From Thermoproteota archaeon (GTDB taxonomy: Archaea > Thermoproteota > Thermoprotei > Thermofilales > B9-G17): a stretch of DNA of 64,000 nucleotides. Positions within the stretch are counted from its first letter, which is position 1. Each line of letters begins with the position of its first letter. A program made the translations under genes and the position numbers. Where the stretch lies: assembly GCA_029258885.1 (NCBI GenBank), contig JAPDJW010000002.1, forward strand, positions 515,168 through 579,167, read 5' to 3'. Shown here piece by piece: positions 46,976 to 57,037 of the stretch. The notes beneath the pieces were generated by a model that was given only the letters and a program-made list of their open reading frames with translations, was not told the origin of the DNA and did no database searches.

Positions 46976-47386
46976 CTATAAGCTGCCTCTAGGAAAGAGG
47001 GGACCCCCAGACACAAGCTTCAACACGTATTTAAAGTACTCCCTAAAGTGATCCGCCAAATAACTCCTCTCAGAGGACTTAAGCTCAGCAAGCTGTTCCT
47101 CTATAAACACATCATCGTCATCGGGCTCCATTCTGAAATACTTCGTAAGAAACTTGGCAGTAACCAGTATGTAGAAGTCGCCGAGACTTAAAATAGCGTA
47201 GGCTGGCGGAATACCCGAACCATAAATCCTCACATGATACTTCCACGCCTCAAGAGCCTCCTGAGCCATCGGATACACATCACCACTCTCATACCCACAC
47301 CTCGGACAAACAACACCCTCCCTAAACACAGCGTAGCGAGTACCACAAGACGGACACCTATAATTATACGAAGAATGATACGTCAC
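46976..47386 (-). CDS. Zn-ribbon protein, upstream neighbour of the MID-PIWI gene
   Basis: 'CPSCGTRYAVFREGVVCPRCG' (CxxC...CxxC) plus a ~95-aa uncharacterised domain. A minus-strand TTTTATATATGGG lies ~35 nt upstream of the ATG. Confidence 0.6.
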   Translation of the reverse strand: MTYHSSYNYRCPSCGTRYAVFREGVVCPRCGYESGDVYPMAQEALEAWKYHVRIYGSGIPPAYAILSLGDFYILVTAKFLTKYFRMEPDDDDVFIEEQLAELKSSERSYLADHFREYFKYVLKLVSGGPLFPRGSL

Positions 47387-47500
47387 TATAATCCCTCAGA
47401 CTACTAAACCAACACCCATATATAAAATCCAGCATCCTTCACATCAAACACCAAAACAACGCAGAAATAGCATCAACCATAGATAAACACAAGCCATAAC

Positions 47501-47898
47501 ACCAAATTGTACTTTTGGCAATTTTACGGCTTATAGTCATTGACCCCCTTTATATACGGTTTACTTCTCTTTTTGCGAAAAACTTCTATGATATTTTTAT
47601 CCAAAAAATATTTGAAAAATAATATTTTAATATTTAAATCAATATTCTTAATACTATTCAATAATTATAGTGAATATAATTAAAGATTATTTAACTCAAT
47701 GATAAAATTATTTTTGAAAAGTGAATAGGGCTTGCTGCCAAAAATTCGATCTTATATATTTTATCCGTCAAAAATATATAACTAAAAAATTTTTGTATAT
47801 ATACCCCTTTAAATAGGGCTAAACGTAGAATGCAGTTTTGCTAAAACACCAAAACACATAAATACAAAAAGAGACAAAAAATAAACACAGCCAAAACA
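47501..47898 (+). promoter_or_regulatory. CRISPR leader of array 2 (inverted duplicate of leader 1); TATA-like TGTATATATA at 47794..47803
   Basis: AT-rich ~400 bp ending at the first repeat. It aligns with the reverse complement of 34974..35372. Confidence 0.8.
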
Positions 47899-49085
47899 GC
47901 TACAATAAAACTCTCAAAAAAGAGAATTGAGAGGCCTTGTGATGTGGAAGTATAGTCGCTTGATGGCATCTGCTCTGCTACAATAAAACTCTCAAAAAAG
48001 AGAATTGAGAGGCAATATTGGCTGTGTCGTTGCCTATAAGATACAATGGGTATATCGCTACAATAAAACTCTCAAAAAAGAGAATTGAGAGAGGCAGTCA
48101 TATCGTGTTGCCTTCTCCATCCTCTTGGCAAGTATCGCTACAATAAAACTCTCAAAAAAGAGAATTGAGAGATTTTTCCACAATATGGTGAATTCACTTG
48201 AGTGTTCTGTCTTAGCTACAATAAAACTCTCAAAAAAGAGAATTGAGAGATATACTCGTCAATTTTCGTTAACGCCTCTGTTAAGTCCTCGCTACAATAA
48301 AACTCTCAAAAAAGAGAATTGAGAGATATAATCTAGTTTCATCTACCTCGCTTTCAAAGAGACCAACGCTACAGAAATACTCTCAAAAAAGAGAATTGAG
48401 AGTAGCATTTTGAGTAATTTAACGATTTTATCCCACTCTTCTGCTACAGAAATACTCTCAAAAAAGAGAATTGAGAGTCTTCATCAGTTACCTTGAATGG
48501 CAAGTTCTCTATTCTTACTTGCTACAGAAATACTCTCAAAAAAGAGAATTGAGAGAGACATAGTCTTTTACCACAGTAATGTAGCCGTCAATAATGCTAC
48601 AGAAATACTCTCAAAAAAGAGAATTGAGAGGCATGCCTAGTCGTAACCGGCGGCATACTAATTCTCATAAGCGCTACAGAAATACTCTCAAAAAAGAGAA
48701 TTGAGAGTATAGAAGCGTTTACTTTTCTTTTCTCCTCATTAAGCTTATTGCTACAGAAATACTCTCAAAAAAGAGAATTGAGAGGATAGGGATTTTAGGT
48801 TATTCTAATTCTTTTTTCAATTTCGCTACAGAAATACTCTCAAAAAAGAGAATTGAGAGGAATTATGCTCAGTTTTTAGGTATTGCTTAATGACTTTTAT
48901 GCTACAGAAATACTCTCAAAAAAGAGAATTGAGAGAGCATGTTAGTGTACATCTCTACAACATCCTTTAATGTCATGCTACAGAAATACTCTCAAAAAAG
49001 AGAATTGAGAGATACTGATGTAGAATTCTTTCGAGGTTCTTTTAAATACTGCTACAATCCTAATAAATGACCTAAGGAGGATTGG
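47899..49085 (+). CRISPR. CRISPR array 2: 15 full repeats + 1 degenerate terminal repeat, 15 spacers (39-45 nt)
   Basis: Repeats 1-6 are GCTACAATAAAACTCTCAAAAAAGAGAATTGAGAG. Repeats 7-15 are GCTACAGAAATACTCTCAAAAAAGAGAATTGAGAG (last full copy 48977..49011). The degenerate copy is GCTACAATCCTAATAAATGACCTAAGGAGGATTGG at 49051..49085. The leader is on the left. Confidence 0.97.
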
Positions 49086-49209
49086 AATTAGATTTAAAGA
49101 TGGCGTTGAGAAGTTTACTGTTCTCTCGGTAGAGCGAGCGTTTAAGGTAATTAGGGAGGCTTTAAATTCCAGCTTTGAGAAGGCGTTATTTTACACTACC
49201 TGGATAAAC

Positions 49210-49566
49210 ATGGAGGATCCAGCGGTGCTCGTGGGTATGATGGAGAATGTGGATGCAGTATTATCGTCGATACTCTATTTAAGGAGTGGACTCCGGAAGG
49301 AGGAGCTAAGAAGTATGCTAATTAGGCTCTTCAAGGTGAAGCCTCACATTATAAAGTATGCTTTGATAGCTCTCCTACAGAGGGAGGTAAGCCGCAGAGG
49401 CACTTACGGATATTGCTGGGCTATAGATAGCCTAAAGATAATTAGAAACGCTATCTCGGGAATGACGGAAGCTGAGAGACATTATCTCGATATAATCTCC
49501 GAACTTGCTGCACTCAATAAAAAGAAAAGAAAATTCCTAGAACTACTAGATGAACACCTAAAATAG
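49210..49566 (+). CDS. Hypothetical protein
   Basis: 118-aa ORF directly downstream of the array 2 trailer. No recognisable motif. Confidence 0.35.
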   Translation: MEDPAVLVGMMENVDAVLSSILYLRSGLRKEELRSMLIRLFKVKPHIIKYALIALLQREVSRRGTYGYCWAIDSLKIIRNAISGMTEAERHYLDIISELAALNKKKRKFLELLDEHLK

Positions 49567-49960
49567 GCTAAAACCGCAGTCTCTGTCAAACGCAAATTCT
49601 TCAACAGCATGACTTGGCAGCCGTTGACCCCCTCTACTTTGCCCACATTCCTACTGGCAACTCTACTCTCATATTATCTGTGAAGTTCGTGCTAGTAGGC
49701 TTAATTTAAACCTATTGATTAGTGATGCTTCGCTTATGCTTAAAGGATATATACGGGCCTTAGGTTAAATATGTTAGATAACTATGGTTGGGAAGCCTAA
49801 GGTTAGAAGTTTTTCCTCTGGGAGGAAGCGTGGTTCTAGGGATATTCATAGGATGCTGACGGAGCCTAAGCGCGTTCTACGGGGTATTTATCCTATATGG
49901 AAGGCTTCTAAGGGTAGGCTATTTGGCATGTTTGATAAAATATTTCGGGAGGAGTAATTA

Positions 49961-51445
49961 TTAAGCTATGTTCCTGTAGAATATTTCGATGAACTTATCG
50001 GCTGTCCTTATTAATCTATCCACGTTCCTCTTCACGGGTCTTCCAAGCCCATGCTCTAGGTAGAGTAGGTTTCTATGTATAGCGTTTCTATGTAGCTCCC
50101 TTATAAGCTTAAGCCCTACGATGTTTTCATCGAGTGCGAGTAGTAGGGTTAAGGCTTCAAATAGCGATAGCTTCATTTCTCCATCCTCTTCCTTAAGCTT
50201 AAGTGGATCTACTACATGTGTTTTCAGGAACCTGTTTATTTCCCTCGCTTTTTCCTCAAACCTCTCTGCGTGTTCCTCCTTGACTCTATACTTCGAGGTA
50301 TCTATTTTATGTTTGCGATAGAGTAATATCTGTACTATTAATTCAACTATCCTGTAGGCTAATATCAGCTTTAACGCTGGATCCTCGTAGAAGTCAAGCC
50401 TCCTCCTAAAGTCCTGGACGAAAGCCTTCAACCCATCCACGCCGCTTTTTTCAGCTATCCTATCGACGGCCTCCGACACCTTATTTACCCCGCTTAAGTC
50501 GGCTTTTATCCTCCTAGATATATCCTTAATATGTGTTAATACCGTGAATAGCTTCTCCTTTAAGGGATGATGTAGTTTAAATTGGCGCTCTACCTCCTCT
50601 AGAAATTCTAAGGCGTTTTCAGCAAGCGTATCAGCGCCCTCGTAGCTGAATAGAAGCCATTTCCTGATAGCCTCCTTAGAGTTCCTTAAAGCCTCCCTCA
50701 AAATTACTTCGCTAGTCCCTCTAGCTATTCTATCCATATCCTCCACGTTGAAGTTATTTAACGCCATTAGATAGTCCTCCTGGATTCTCTCATTTATAAA
50801 CTGTAGGAACATCGGTATCCTCTCTATCCTCCGATAGGGTAGCTCGTATCCCCTCATTATTTCCATGAGCTCTTCTCTCTCCAGCTTAAGTCTATGTGCC
50901 AGCTCTTCCATGAGCTCGTTATTCCTCGGATGCACAGCGAGGTATATTAAGTCTATTCTCCATCCTCTAGCAAGCATTACGTTGTTAGCCAGCTGGCTTA
51001 GGTAGGTCGCCATAGACTTTGTTCCACCCGTAACATCAAACAGTATCCTTACGTTTTCTCTGCCTGATGATACTAGCTCTATGAAGCTTAAGGCATTGTT
51101 CCGAATACCCTCGTAGTTGGTGATACCATCTATAGGTGCTATAACTATTCCTTTCTTCCCTCTAACTATCTTATTCCTAATTTCATATGCTATCTTCTCC
51201 GTATCCTTAGTTGGCAGTAATAGAGCATGTTCATAGTCAAATATAAGTAGGGTATAGGCTATGGGCCAAGGCGTTTTCCCTACGGTTGCAACGACTGCAT
51301 TATACTTAACACGTAGATCAGATGGTATCTCAGCCTTCTCAGCTGCAAGGTAGAGAAGCTTAATGTATTTTTCCTTAGCCTCCTCTTCCCTACCATCTCT
51401 TAACAGTTTTACAAACTCCTCCAAAAGTGAAAGCTCCCGCTCCAT
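49961..51445 (-). CDS. csm6: Csm6-family CARF-HEPN ribonuclease (TTHB144-like architecture with N-terminal helical extension)
   Basis: CARF 'VVATVGKTPWPIAYTL' and 'LFDVTGGTKSMATYL'. HEPN 'HRNLLYLEHGLG' (R-x6-H). Confidence 0.7.
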   Translation of the reverse strand: MERELSLLEEFVKLLRDGREEEAKEKYIKLLYLAAEKAEIPSDLRVKYNAVVATVGKTPWPIAYTLLIFDYEHALLLPTKDTEKIAYEIRNKIVRGKKGIVIAPIDGITNYEGIRNNALSFIELVSSGRENVRILFDVTGGTKSMATYLSQLANNVMLARGWRIDLIYLAVHPRNNELMEELAHRLKLEREELMEIMRGYELPYRRIERIPMFLQFINERIQEDYLMALNNFNVEDMDRIARGTSEVILREALRNSKEAIRKWLLFSYEGADTLAENALEFLEEVERQFKLHHPLKEKLFTVLTHIKDISRRIKADLSGVNKVSEAVDRIAEKSGVDGLKAFVQDFRRRLDFYEDPALKLILAYRIVELIVQILLYRKHKIDTSKYRVKEEHAERFEEKAREINRFLKTHVVDPLKLKEEDGEMKLSLFEALTLLLALDENIVGLKLIRELHRNAIHRNLLYLEHGLGRPVKRNVDRLIRTADKFIEIFYRNIA

Positions 51446-51491
51446 TAGATTTTATAATATCCTCATAGTATTTATGCTTCTCCCGATATCC

Positions 51492-53285
51492 TCATGCTTT
51501 TACAGTCTTCTCTAAGCCCATCTGCGCAACGTATAGCTTATAGTATATGTTCTTCCTCTCCATAAGCTCCATATGGTTTCCTATTTCAACTATTTGCCCG
51601 TTTTCAAGCACTATTATCCGATCCGCCGACCTAGCCAGCGTTAACCTATGTGCTATTATTATAGTCGTCCTATTCTCCATTAATACCTCAAGTGCCTTCC
51701 TTACAATAGCTTCCGTCGCGGGATCCACGTTTGACATAGCCTCATCTAATATCAGTATCGGCGGATTCTTCAGCAATGCCCTCGCTATGGATATTAGCTG
51801 CCTCTGTCCGGCTGACAGCCTCTTGCCGAACTCGCCTATATCGGTGTCGTATCCCCCGGGTAGGGATTCTATTATCCTGTGTATTCCAAGCCTCCTACAT
51901 ACATCAACTATTTCCTCGTCGCTTGCGTCAGGTCTACCTATCCTTATATTATCCCTTATAGTTCCAGGGAACAGTATGGTGTCCTGCGGCACGTAGCCTA
52001 TAAACCTCCTAAGGGATTTCCTGACAATTTTCCTTAGGTCTATACCATCGACCAGTATTCTCCCTACGTCGGGGTTGTAGAACTTACATATAAGGTATAC
52101 CAGCGTAGTCTTTCCTGCTCCCGTTGGCCCAACTATTGCCAGCTTCTCGCCCGGCTTCACCTCGAAGCTTACGCCCCTTAATACTGGAGTTTTCTTATCG
52201 TAGGAGAACCAGACGTCCTCAAACACTATGTGTCCCTTAACCTCCTCCAGTACTATGGTCTCGCTTTCATCCTTCGTCTCAGGCTCTACGTCCATTATCT
52301 CAAATACCCTCTCCAAAGCTACGAGCGCCTCCTGAATTAGGTTGTACATTGACACCAGCGTGAATATAGGCCTAAAGAACCTCGAGGTGTAGGAGATGAA
52401 GGCAAGCAATACCCCTATTGTCGTCCTGCCTCCAACAACCATCGTTCCACCGTACCATATCACTAGAGCTGAGCCAACGGCCAGTATTACGTCCATGAGC
52501 GGTATATACATCGAGAACGTCTTCGTTGCCTCAACTCTAGCCTCCAGAGCCTCTGCACTAACCTTCCTGAATTCCCTCAGGCTCTTATCCTCCTTAGCGA
52601 AAGCCTGTATCTCCCGCACTCCGGATACGCTCTCCTGAACCTTAGTAGTAAGCTCTGACGTTTTCTTCCTGACCTCCATGAATACCCTCCTAAATCTAGT
52701 GGTGAAGAGGTAGGTTACTGCAACCATGGCTGGTATTACTAGGAGTGTTACTAGCGTTAGCTCTGCATTTAAAGTGAACATGATTATGAATGAGCCCGCC
52801 AGAATGACTGTATCCCCAGCTACCGCCACTATGCCGCTTACGAAGACATCTCTTACCCTCTCACAGTCGCTCATAACCCTAGCTATTAGATCCCCTACAC
52901 GAATTTTCGTGAAGAAGCTGTGCGGTAGGGACACTATGTGCCTGAAGAGCTTCTCCCGTAGCTCGTAGACGAACTTGCTTCCAATCCACTGATAGTAGAA
53001 GGTGTTTATGGAGTCAAACAGCCAAAAGGCTGCGACGGACGCCAGATATAGTATGGATGCCTTCATCAGCACCTCCATATTCCGTGAGCCTATACCCTCA
53101 TCTATGGCCAGCTTAATTAGGTAGGGCTGGGCTAGGCTCACTAGGGAGCTTAAAATAACTATTACTGTAAGTCCAGCTATAATCCACTTATAGGGCGACA
53201 GCAAGCTAATGAGTCTCTTCAACAGTACCCTGAGGGGCATTTTACGCTCGCCCTTAACTGGTTCAGACCATAGTCCTCTATGCAT
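51492..53285 (-). CDS. ABC exporter half-transporter (TMD-NBD fusion, MdlB/MsbA-like)
   Basis: Six-helix TMD, then Walker A 'GPTGAGKTT', signature 'LSAGQRQLISIARAL', Walker B 'ILILDEAMSNVD'. TAATG overlap with the upstream paralog. Confidence 0.9.
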   Translation of the reverse strand: MHRGLWSEPVKGERKMPLRVLLKRLISLLSPYKWIIAGLTVIVILSSLVSLAQPYLIKLAIDEGIGSRNMEVLMKASILYLASVAAFWLFDSINTFYYQWIGSKFVYELREKLFRHIVSLPHSFFTKIRVGDLIARVMSDCERVRDVFVSGIVAVAGDTVILAGSFIIMFTLNAELTLVTLLVIPAMVAVTYLFTTRFRRVFMEVRKKTSELTTKVQESVSGVREIQAFAKEDKSLREFRKVSAEALEARVEATKTFSMYIPLMDVILAVGSALVIWYGGTMVVGGRTTIGVLLAFISYTSRFFRPIFTLVSMYNLIQEALVALERVFEIMDVEPETKDESETIVLEEVKGHIVFEDVWFSYDKKTPVLRGVSFEVKPGEKLAIVGPTGAGKTTLVYLICKFYNPDVGRILVDGIDLRKIVRKSLRRFIGYVPQDTILFPGTIRDNIRIGRPDASDEEIVDVCRRLGIHRIIESLPGGYDTDIGEFGKRLSAGQRQLISIARALLKNPPILILDEAMSNVDPATEAIVRKALEVLMENRTTIIIAHRLTLARSADRIIVLENGQIVEIGNHMELMERKNIYYKLYVAQMGLEKTVKA

Positions 53286-55087
53286 TATCTCACCCTAATC
53301 TCCGCCGTCTCCAGACTTTTAATCATCTCCATGTAGAGCCTGTAGTAGAGTCCCTTCTTCTCGATAAGTTCCTCGTGCGTGCCCTCTTCCACTATTTCAC
53401 CGTTGGAGAGCACCACTATTTTATCGGCCAGCTTCAGTAGCGCTGGCCTACTTGTAATGATGATGGCTGTCTTATCCCTTATCACGTCCCTAAGCATTTC
53501 AACAAACTCCTTCTCCGTCTTCGCATCCAGGTTGGATGTTGGATCATCCAAGACTATGATCCGCGGGTTCACTAGAATGGCTCTAGCTATAGCTATTCTC
53601 TGCTTCTGTCCACCCGAGAGCGTTATACCCCTCTCCCCTACTAGTGTCTCATACCTTTTAGGCAGATTCTCTATGAAGTCGTGGATTCTAGCGACCCTAG
53701 CCGCGTGAACTATCTCCTTTCTGGACGCGTTTGGTCTACCAAGGGCTATGTTCTCCCTTAAAGTCCCCGCAAAGATGTACGGCTCCTGAGGGACTATAGC
53801 GATTTGCTTTCTTAAAGACTTCAGCTTTACATCCCTAATATCAATTCCATCTATAAGTATCCTGCCATCGGTCGGGTCGAAGAACCGTGGAATCATCATT
53901 ACCAGTAGCGATTTGCCTGAGCCAGTCGGCCCAACTATAGCCACCTTCTCGCCGGGCTTTATCTCCAGGTTAATGTTCCTTAGTATCGGTCTATCCTTTT
54001 CGAAGCCGAAGCTTACGTTCTCGAACACTATATGCCCCCTAATGGGAGGCATGGGCTTCGCGTTAGGCTTTTCAACTACCTCCGGTATAGCTTCTATGAG
54101 GTCGAAGACTCTCTTTGCAGCGGTCATTGCCCTCTGGAAGGATGTTATGAACATTCCTATGAATCGTAGAGGCCACGCGAGCATCGTTAGGTAGCTTATG
54201 AACGCCATGAGGCTACCTATAGTGAATCCTCCGTTTAATACGCTTTGTCCTCCATAGTAGATTATGGATACGGTGGCTACGCCGATTATGAAGGATATGG
54301 CTGGAATATAAGTTGCGCGGATCTTAGCCGCCCTAATGTTGAGCTCTAGGTATCGTCTGTTCTCCCTGGAGAAGTTGCTGATTGAGTGGTCTTCCACGCC
54401 TAAGGCCTTTATAGTTATTATTCCTACAAGCGGATTGTTCACGGCGGACGTTAGCATGCCATACTGGTTCCTTATCTGCATGAAGAGAGGCCTTATCAGC
54501 GTGGAGTACTTGTAGAAGAGTACTATGATTATGAGGAAGAAGGGCAGCACCATTATGGTTAAGCTAGAGTTTAGTGAGAGCATAGCTGTAAATGCTAGGA
54601 CTGCAAGTATACATGCATTTAACAGGTTCGTTAAAGGCCAAGTAAGGAACCTGGATACGACGTCGGTATCGCTTGTTATTCTCGAAATAAGCTGTCCAGT
54701 AGGCACTTTCGAGAAGAAGGTGTATGACTGGCGTTGAATAGCCTTAAACGAATCCACCCTAAGGTCATATACTATCTTCTGGGAAAATAGCGTGCTAATA
54801 TATCTTCTCACAGAGCTTATACCTGCTGAGGCAGCAGTTAAACCGACAGAGAGTAGGATAAGGCTTGGCATTAACTCCAGTTGGCCGCCTATAATACATT
54901 TATCGATTATATCCTTAGATACGAGGGGGATGAATATACTCAGCTGATTCGATATGAATAGGAGAAGCACCGCTCCGAAGAAGTACCTCCACTGTCTAGC
55001 TATATAGGGGATAAGCTTCCTAAATATCCTTATGCTTTCTCTTCTCGAAATAACTTTAACAGAGCTATCTATACGAGATCCCTCCAA
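53285..55087 (-). CDS. ABC exporter half-transporter (TMD-NBD fusion), heterodimer partner
   Basis: Walker A 'GPTGSGKSL', signature 'LSGGQKQRIAIARAI', Walker B 'IIVLDDPTSNLD'. Confidence 0.9.
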   Translation of the reverse strand: MEGSRIDSSVKVISRRESIRIFRKLIPYIARQWRYFFGAVLLLFISNQLSIFIPLVSKDIIDKCIIGGQLELMPSLILLSVGLTAASAGISSVRRYISTLFSQKIVYDLRVDSFKAIQRQSYTFFSKVPTGQLISRITSDTDVVSRFLTWPLTNLLNACILAVLAFTAMLSLNSSLTIMVLPFFLIIIVLFYKYSTLIRPLFMQIRNQYGMLTSAVNNPLVGIITIKALGVEDHSISNFSRENRRYLELNIRAAKIRATYIPAISFIIGVATVSIIYYGGQSVLNGGFTIGSLMAFISYLTMLAWPLRFIGMFITSFQRAMTAAKRVFDLIEAIPEVVEKPNAKPMPPIRGHIVFENVSFGFEKDRPILRNINLEIKPGEKVAIVGPTGSGKSLLVMMIPRFFDPTDGRILIDGIDIRDVKLKSLRKQIAIVPQEPYIFAGTLRENIALGRPNASRKEIVHAARVARIHDFIENLPKRYETLVGERGITLSGGQKQRIAIARAILVNPRIIVLDDPTSNLDAKTEKEFVEMLRDVIRDKTAIIITSRPALLKLADKIVVLSNGEIVEEGTHEELIEKKGLYYRLYMEMIKSLETAEIRVR

Positions 55088-55138
55088 CTAGAATTTCCAC
55101 CAGCTAATATAAGCCTTATTCCTCAACCTAATTAAAAA

Positions 55139-55501
55139 TTATTCGATGAACGTCAAAACTAGAATTTCATTTCGGATATGTAGCTCTACTACTTTGTCAT
55201 TAAGGAGAAAGTATATCGAGTAGTGTATAGGGTCTAGCTTACGAAATAGCCATATGCCTCCCGATTTTAGTAGTCTTTTCTCCATATGAAAGTCCCCATA
55301 ATACTTTGCTGTTAGGCGACCATTATCTTCCTTAAGTATTCTTCTAACTATTGTCCTAGTTTCAACGGCCATTAGAAGCTTGTAATAATAGTGCCTTAGT
55401 ATTGCTCTCAGAGGTGGTAGGCGTTCGCTGTAGTAGATTTCCACGAGTATATTAACTATACGAACAGGTACGCCTAATATGGATAATAGTATCTCCCACA
55501 T
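55139..55501 (-). CDS. Hypothetical protein
   Basis: 120-aa ORF upstream of the ABC exporter pair. No recognisable motif. Confidence 0.35.
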   Translation of the reverse strand: MWEILLSILGVPVRIVNILVEIYYSERLPPLRAILRHYYYKLLMAVETRTIVRRILKEDNGRLTAKYYGDFHMEKRLLKSGGIWLFRKLDPIHYSIYFLLNDKVVELHIRNEILVLTFIE

Positions 55502-55667
55502 AAATTCCTGTTTTTAAACAGGAATTTATGATTAAGATGATGACGGTTAGAAAGATAACAGCAATTACGTTGATTAGAAGGAACAGAAAATGCGGCCTTA
55601 AGCTGTAAATAATATAAGGCTACTTAATATTTATCTTTATGGTGGAGTATATTTATGTGTGATTTTT

Positions 55668-57035
55668 ATGTCCCACGTGAGGCTTCTAGTTACGGTCGGC
55701 AAAACTCCTGTTCCTATTGAATATACTTTAAGCAGAATTGCAGGAGAGAATGCTGGAAATATCTACGTTTATGCTATTTTAAGTGAGGAGAGCCAGCAAA
55801 CTCTTTATAATGTTTTAGCGGAGGCTATAAGGCGTTACGGTGATAGGTTTAATGTTAAACAGTTTATTGTAGAGGATCCCGAGGATATCGAGGAATGTCT
55901 TAGGGTTTGTAGTGAAGCTGTTATGGAGCTTCTCGACGATGTTAGGGAGAGCGGTGTTCAGGACGTTTCTAGAGAAAATATAGTCGTCAACTATACTGGC
56001 GGCACTAAGCCTATGAGTGCTGCTCTTGTTGCGGTGGTGTTAAATAGGCTACCGCACGCCAATCTCGTCTACATAGGGGGTAAGAGGGATGAGAGGGGTA
56101 TCGTTGTCTCAGGCTTAGAGAAGGTTGTTCAGGAGAATGTCCTGCCGATTAGTGCTCTGTTTAAGGCTAAGGAGCACTACGAGAACTTTAACATAAACTA
56201 TGCGTATATCCTGATTAAGGAGGCCGCCGAGAGGTATGGTTCCCAGTACTATATGGCTCTCTCAGGCTTTCTCGAGAGTCTCGCGTTAAGGGATATATAC
56301 GACTTTAAGGAGGCCTGCAACGTATTAAATAGGTTTAAGAGGCCCTTTAAACTATATACCGATAGAGTTATCTTCCCCGAAGATGTCGTTAAATTCTTCA
56401 CTAAGGCTTCTGAAAGCGTGGATCTAGTAAATTCAATATATTATTCGCTTAAGCAACTGCGTCGGTTAAAGGAGGCGAGAAACTCCGAGCAGAGTAAAAG
56501 CATTATAAAGCCGTTTAGTAGGAATAGAGGGCTTGTACGTGGCCTAGAATATTTAATCGCAGAAGTTTTATTGAATATTGAAAGGCGGATATTAACGGGC
56601 GAGCTTCTTATCGCATGCGTTTCAACCTACCGGTTATACGAGTTACTAACTCAATATAGGCTGATTGTAAAGTATGGTCTATCGCCGACCTACGTGGACT
56701 GGAGTGAGATACCCAGTGACTTTATAAGGGAATATAACATCGATACTTCTGAAGTTAAGCATCTGAATCTCCAGACATCGTTTAACCTTCTCAACTATTA
56801 CGGGGACGAGCTTGTTGATGCTCTGGATTCAGATCTTCTAAGGAAGCTTCAGTTTGAGAGAAATAATTCGTTAATTGAACATGGCTTCTCGGAGGTGGAT
56901 AGAGAAGTTGTCGAGAATGCAATTAAGGACATCAATGGGGCATGTAGAAGAGTGATTAGCGGCTTCGATATAATGCTTGATAAACTTAAGTTTCCCAAGC
57001 TAACTGATGAAGTCCTCTTTTGCGTTAGAGCATGA
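55668..57035 (+). CDS. csm6: Csm6-family CARF-HEPN ribonuclease (second paralog)
   Basis: CARF 'LLVTVGKTPVPIEYTL' and 'VVNYTGGTKPMSAAL'. HEPN 'ERNNSLIEHGFS'. I prefer the ATG at 55668 over GTG 55659. Confidence 0.7.
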   Translation: MSHVRLLVTVGKTPVPIEYTLSRIAGENAGNIYVYAILSEESQQTLYNVLAEAIRRYGDRFNVKQFIVEDPEDIEECLRVCSEAVMELLDDVRESGVQDVSRENIVVNYTGGTKPMSAALVAVVLNRLPHANLVYIGGKRDERGIVVSGLEKVVQENVLPISALFKAKEHYENFNINYAYILIKEAAERYGSQYYMALSGFLESLALRDIYDFKEACNVLNRFKRPFKLYTDRVIFPEDVVKFFTKASESVDLVNSIYYSLKQLRRLKEARNSEQSKSIIKPFSRNRGLVRGLEYLIAEVLLNIERRILTGELLIACVSTYRLYELLTQYRLIVKYGLSPTYVDWSEIPSDFIREYNIDTSEVKHLNLQTSFNLLNYYGDELVDALDSDLLRKLQFERNNSLIEHGFSEVDREVVENAIKDINGACRRVISGFDIMLDKLKFPKLTDEVLFCVRA

Positions 57036-57037
57036 GA

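Noticed and set aside
48125-48322. 65-aa ORF inside array 2.
   Set aside because: Same artefact: it is made of repeat translations ('IKLSKKRIER').
49784-49957. 57-codon basic ORF ('MVGKPKVRSFSSGRKRGSRD...') with a TATA-like element ~35 nt upstream, between array 2 and csm6.
   Set aside because: It is short, has no motif and there is no way to test coding potential here, so it is not reported as a feature.
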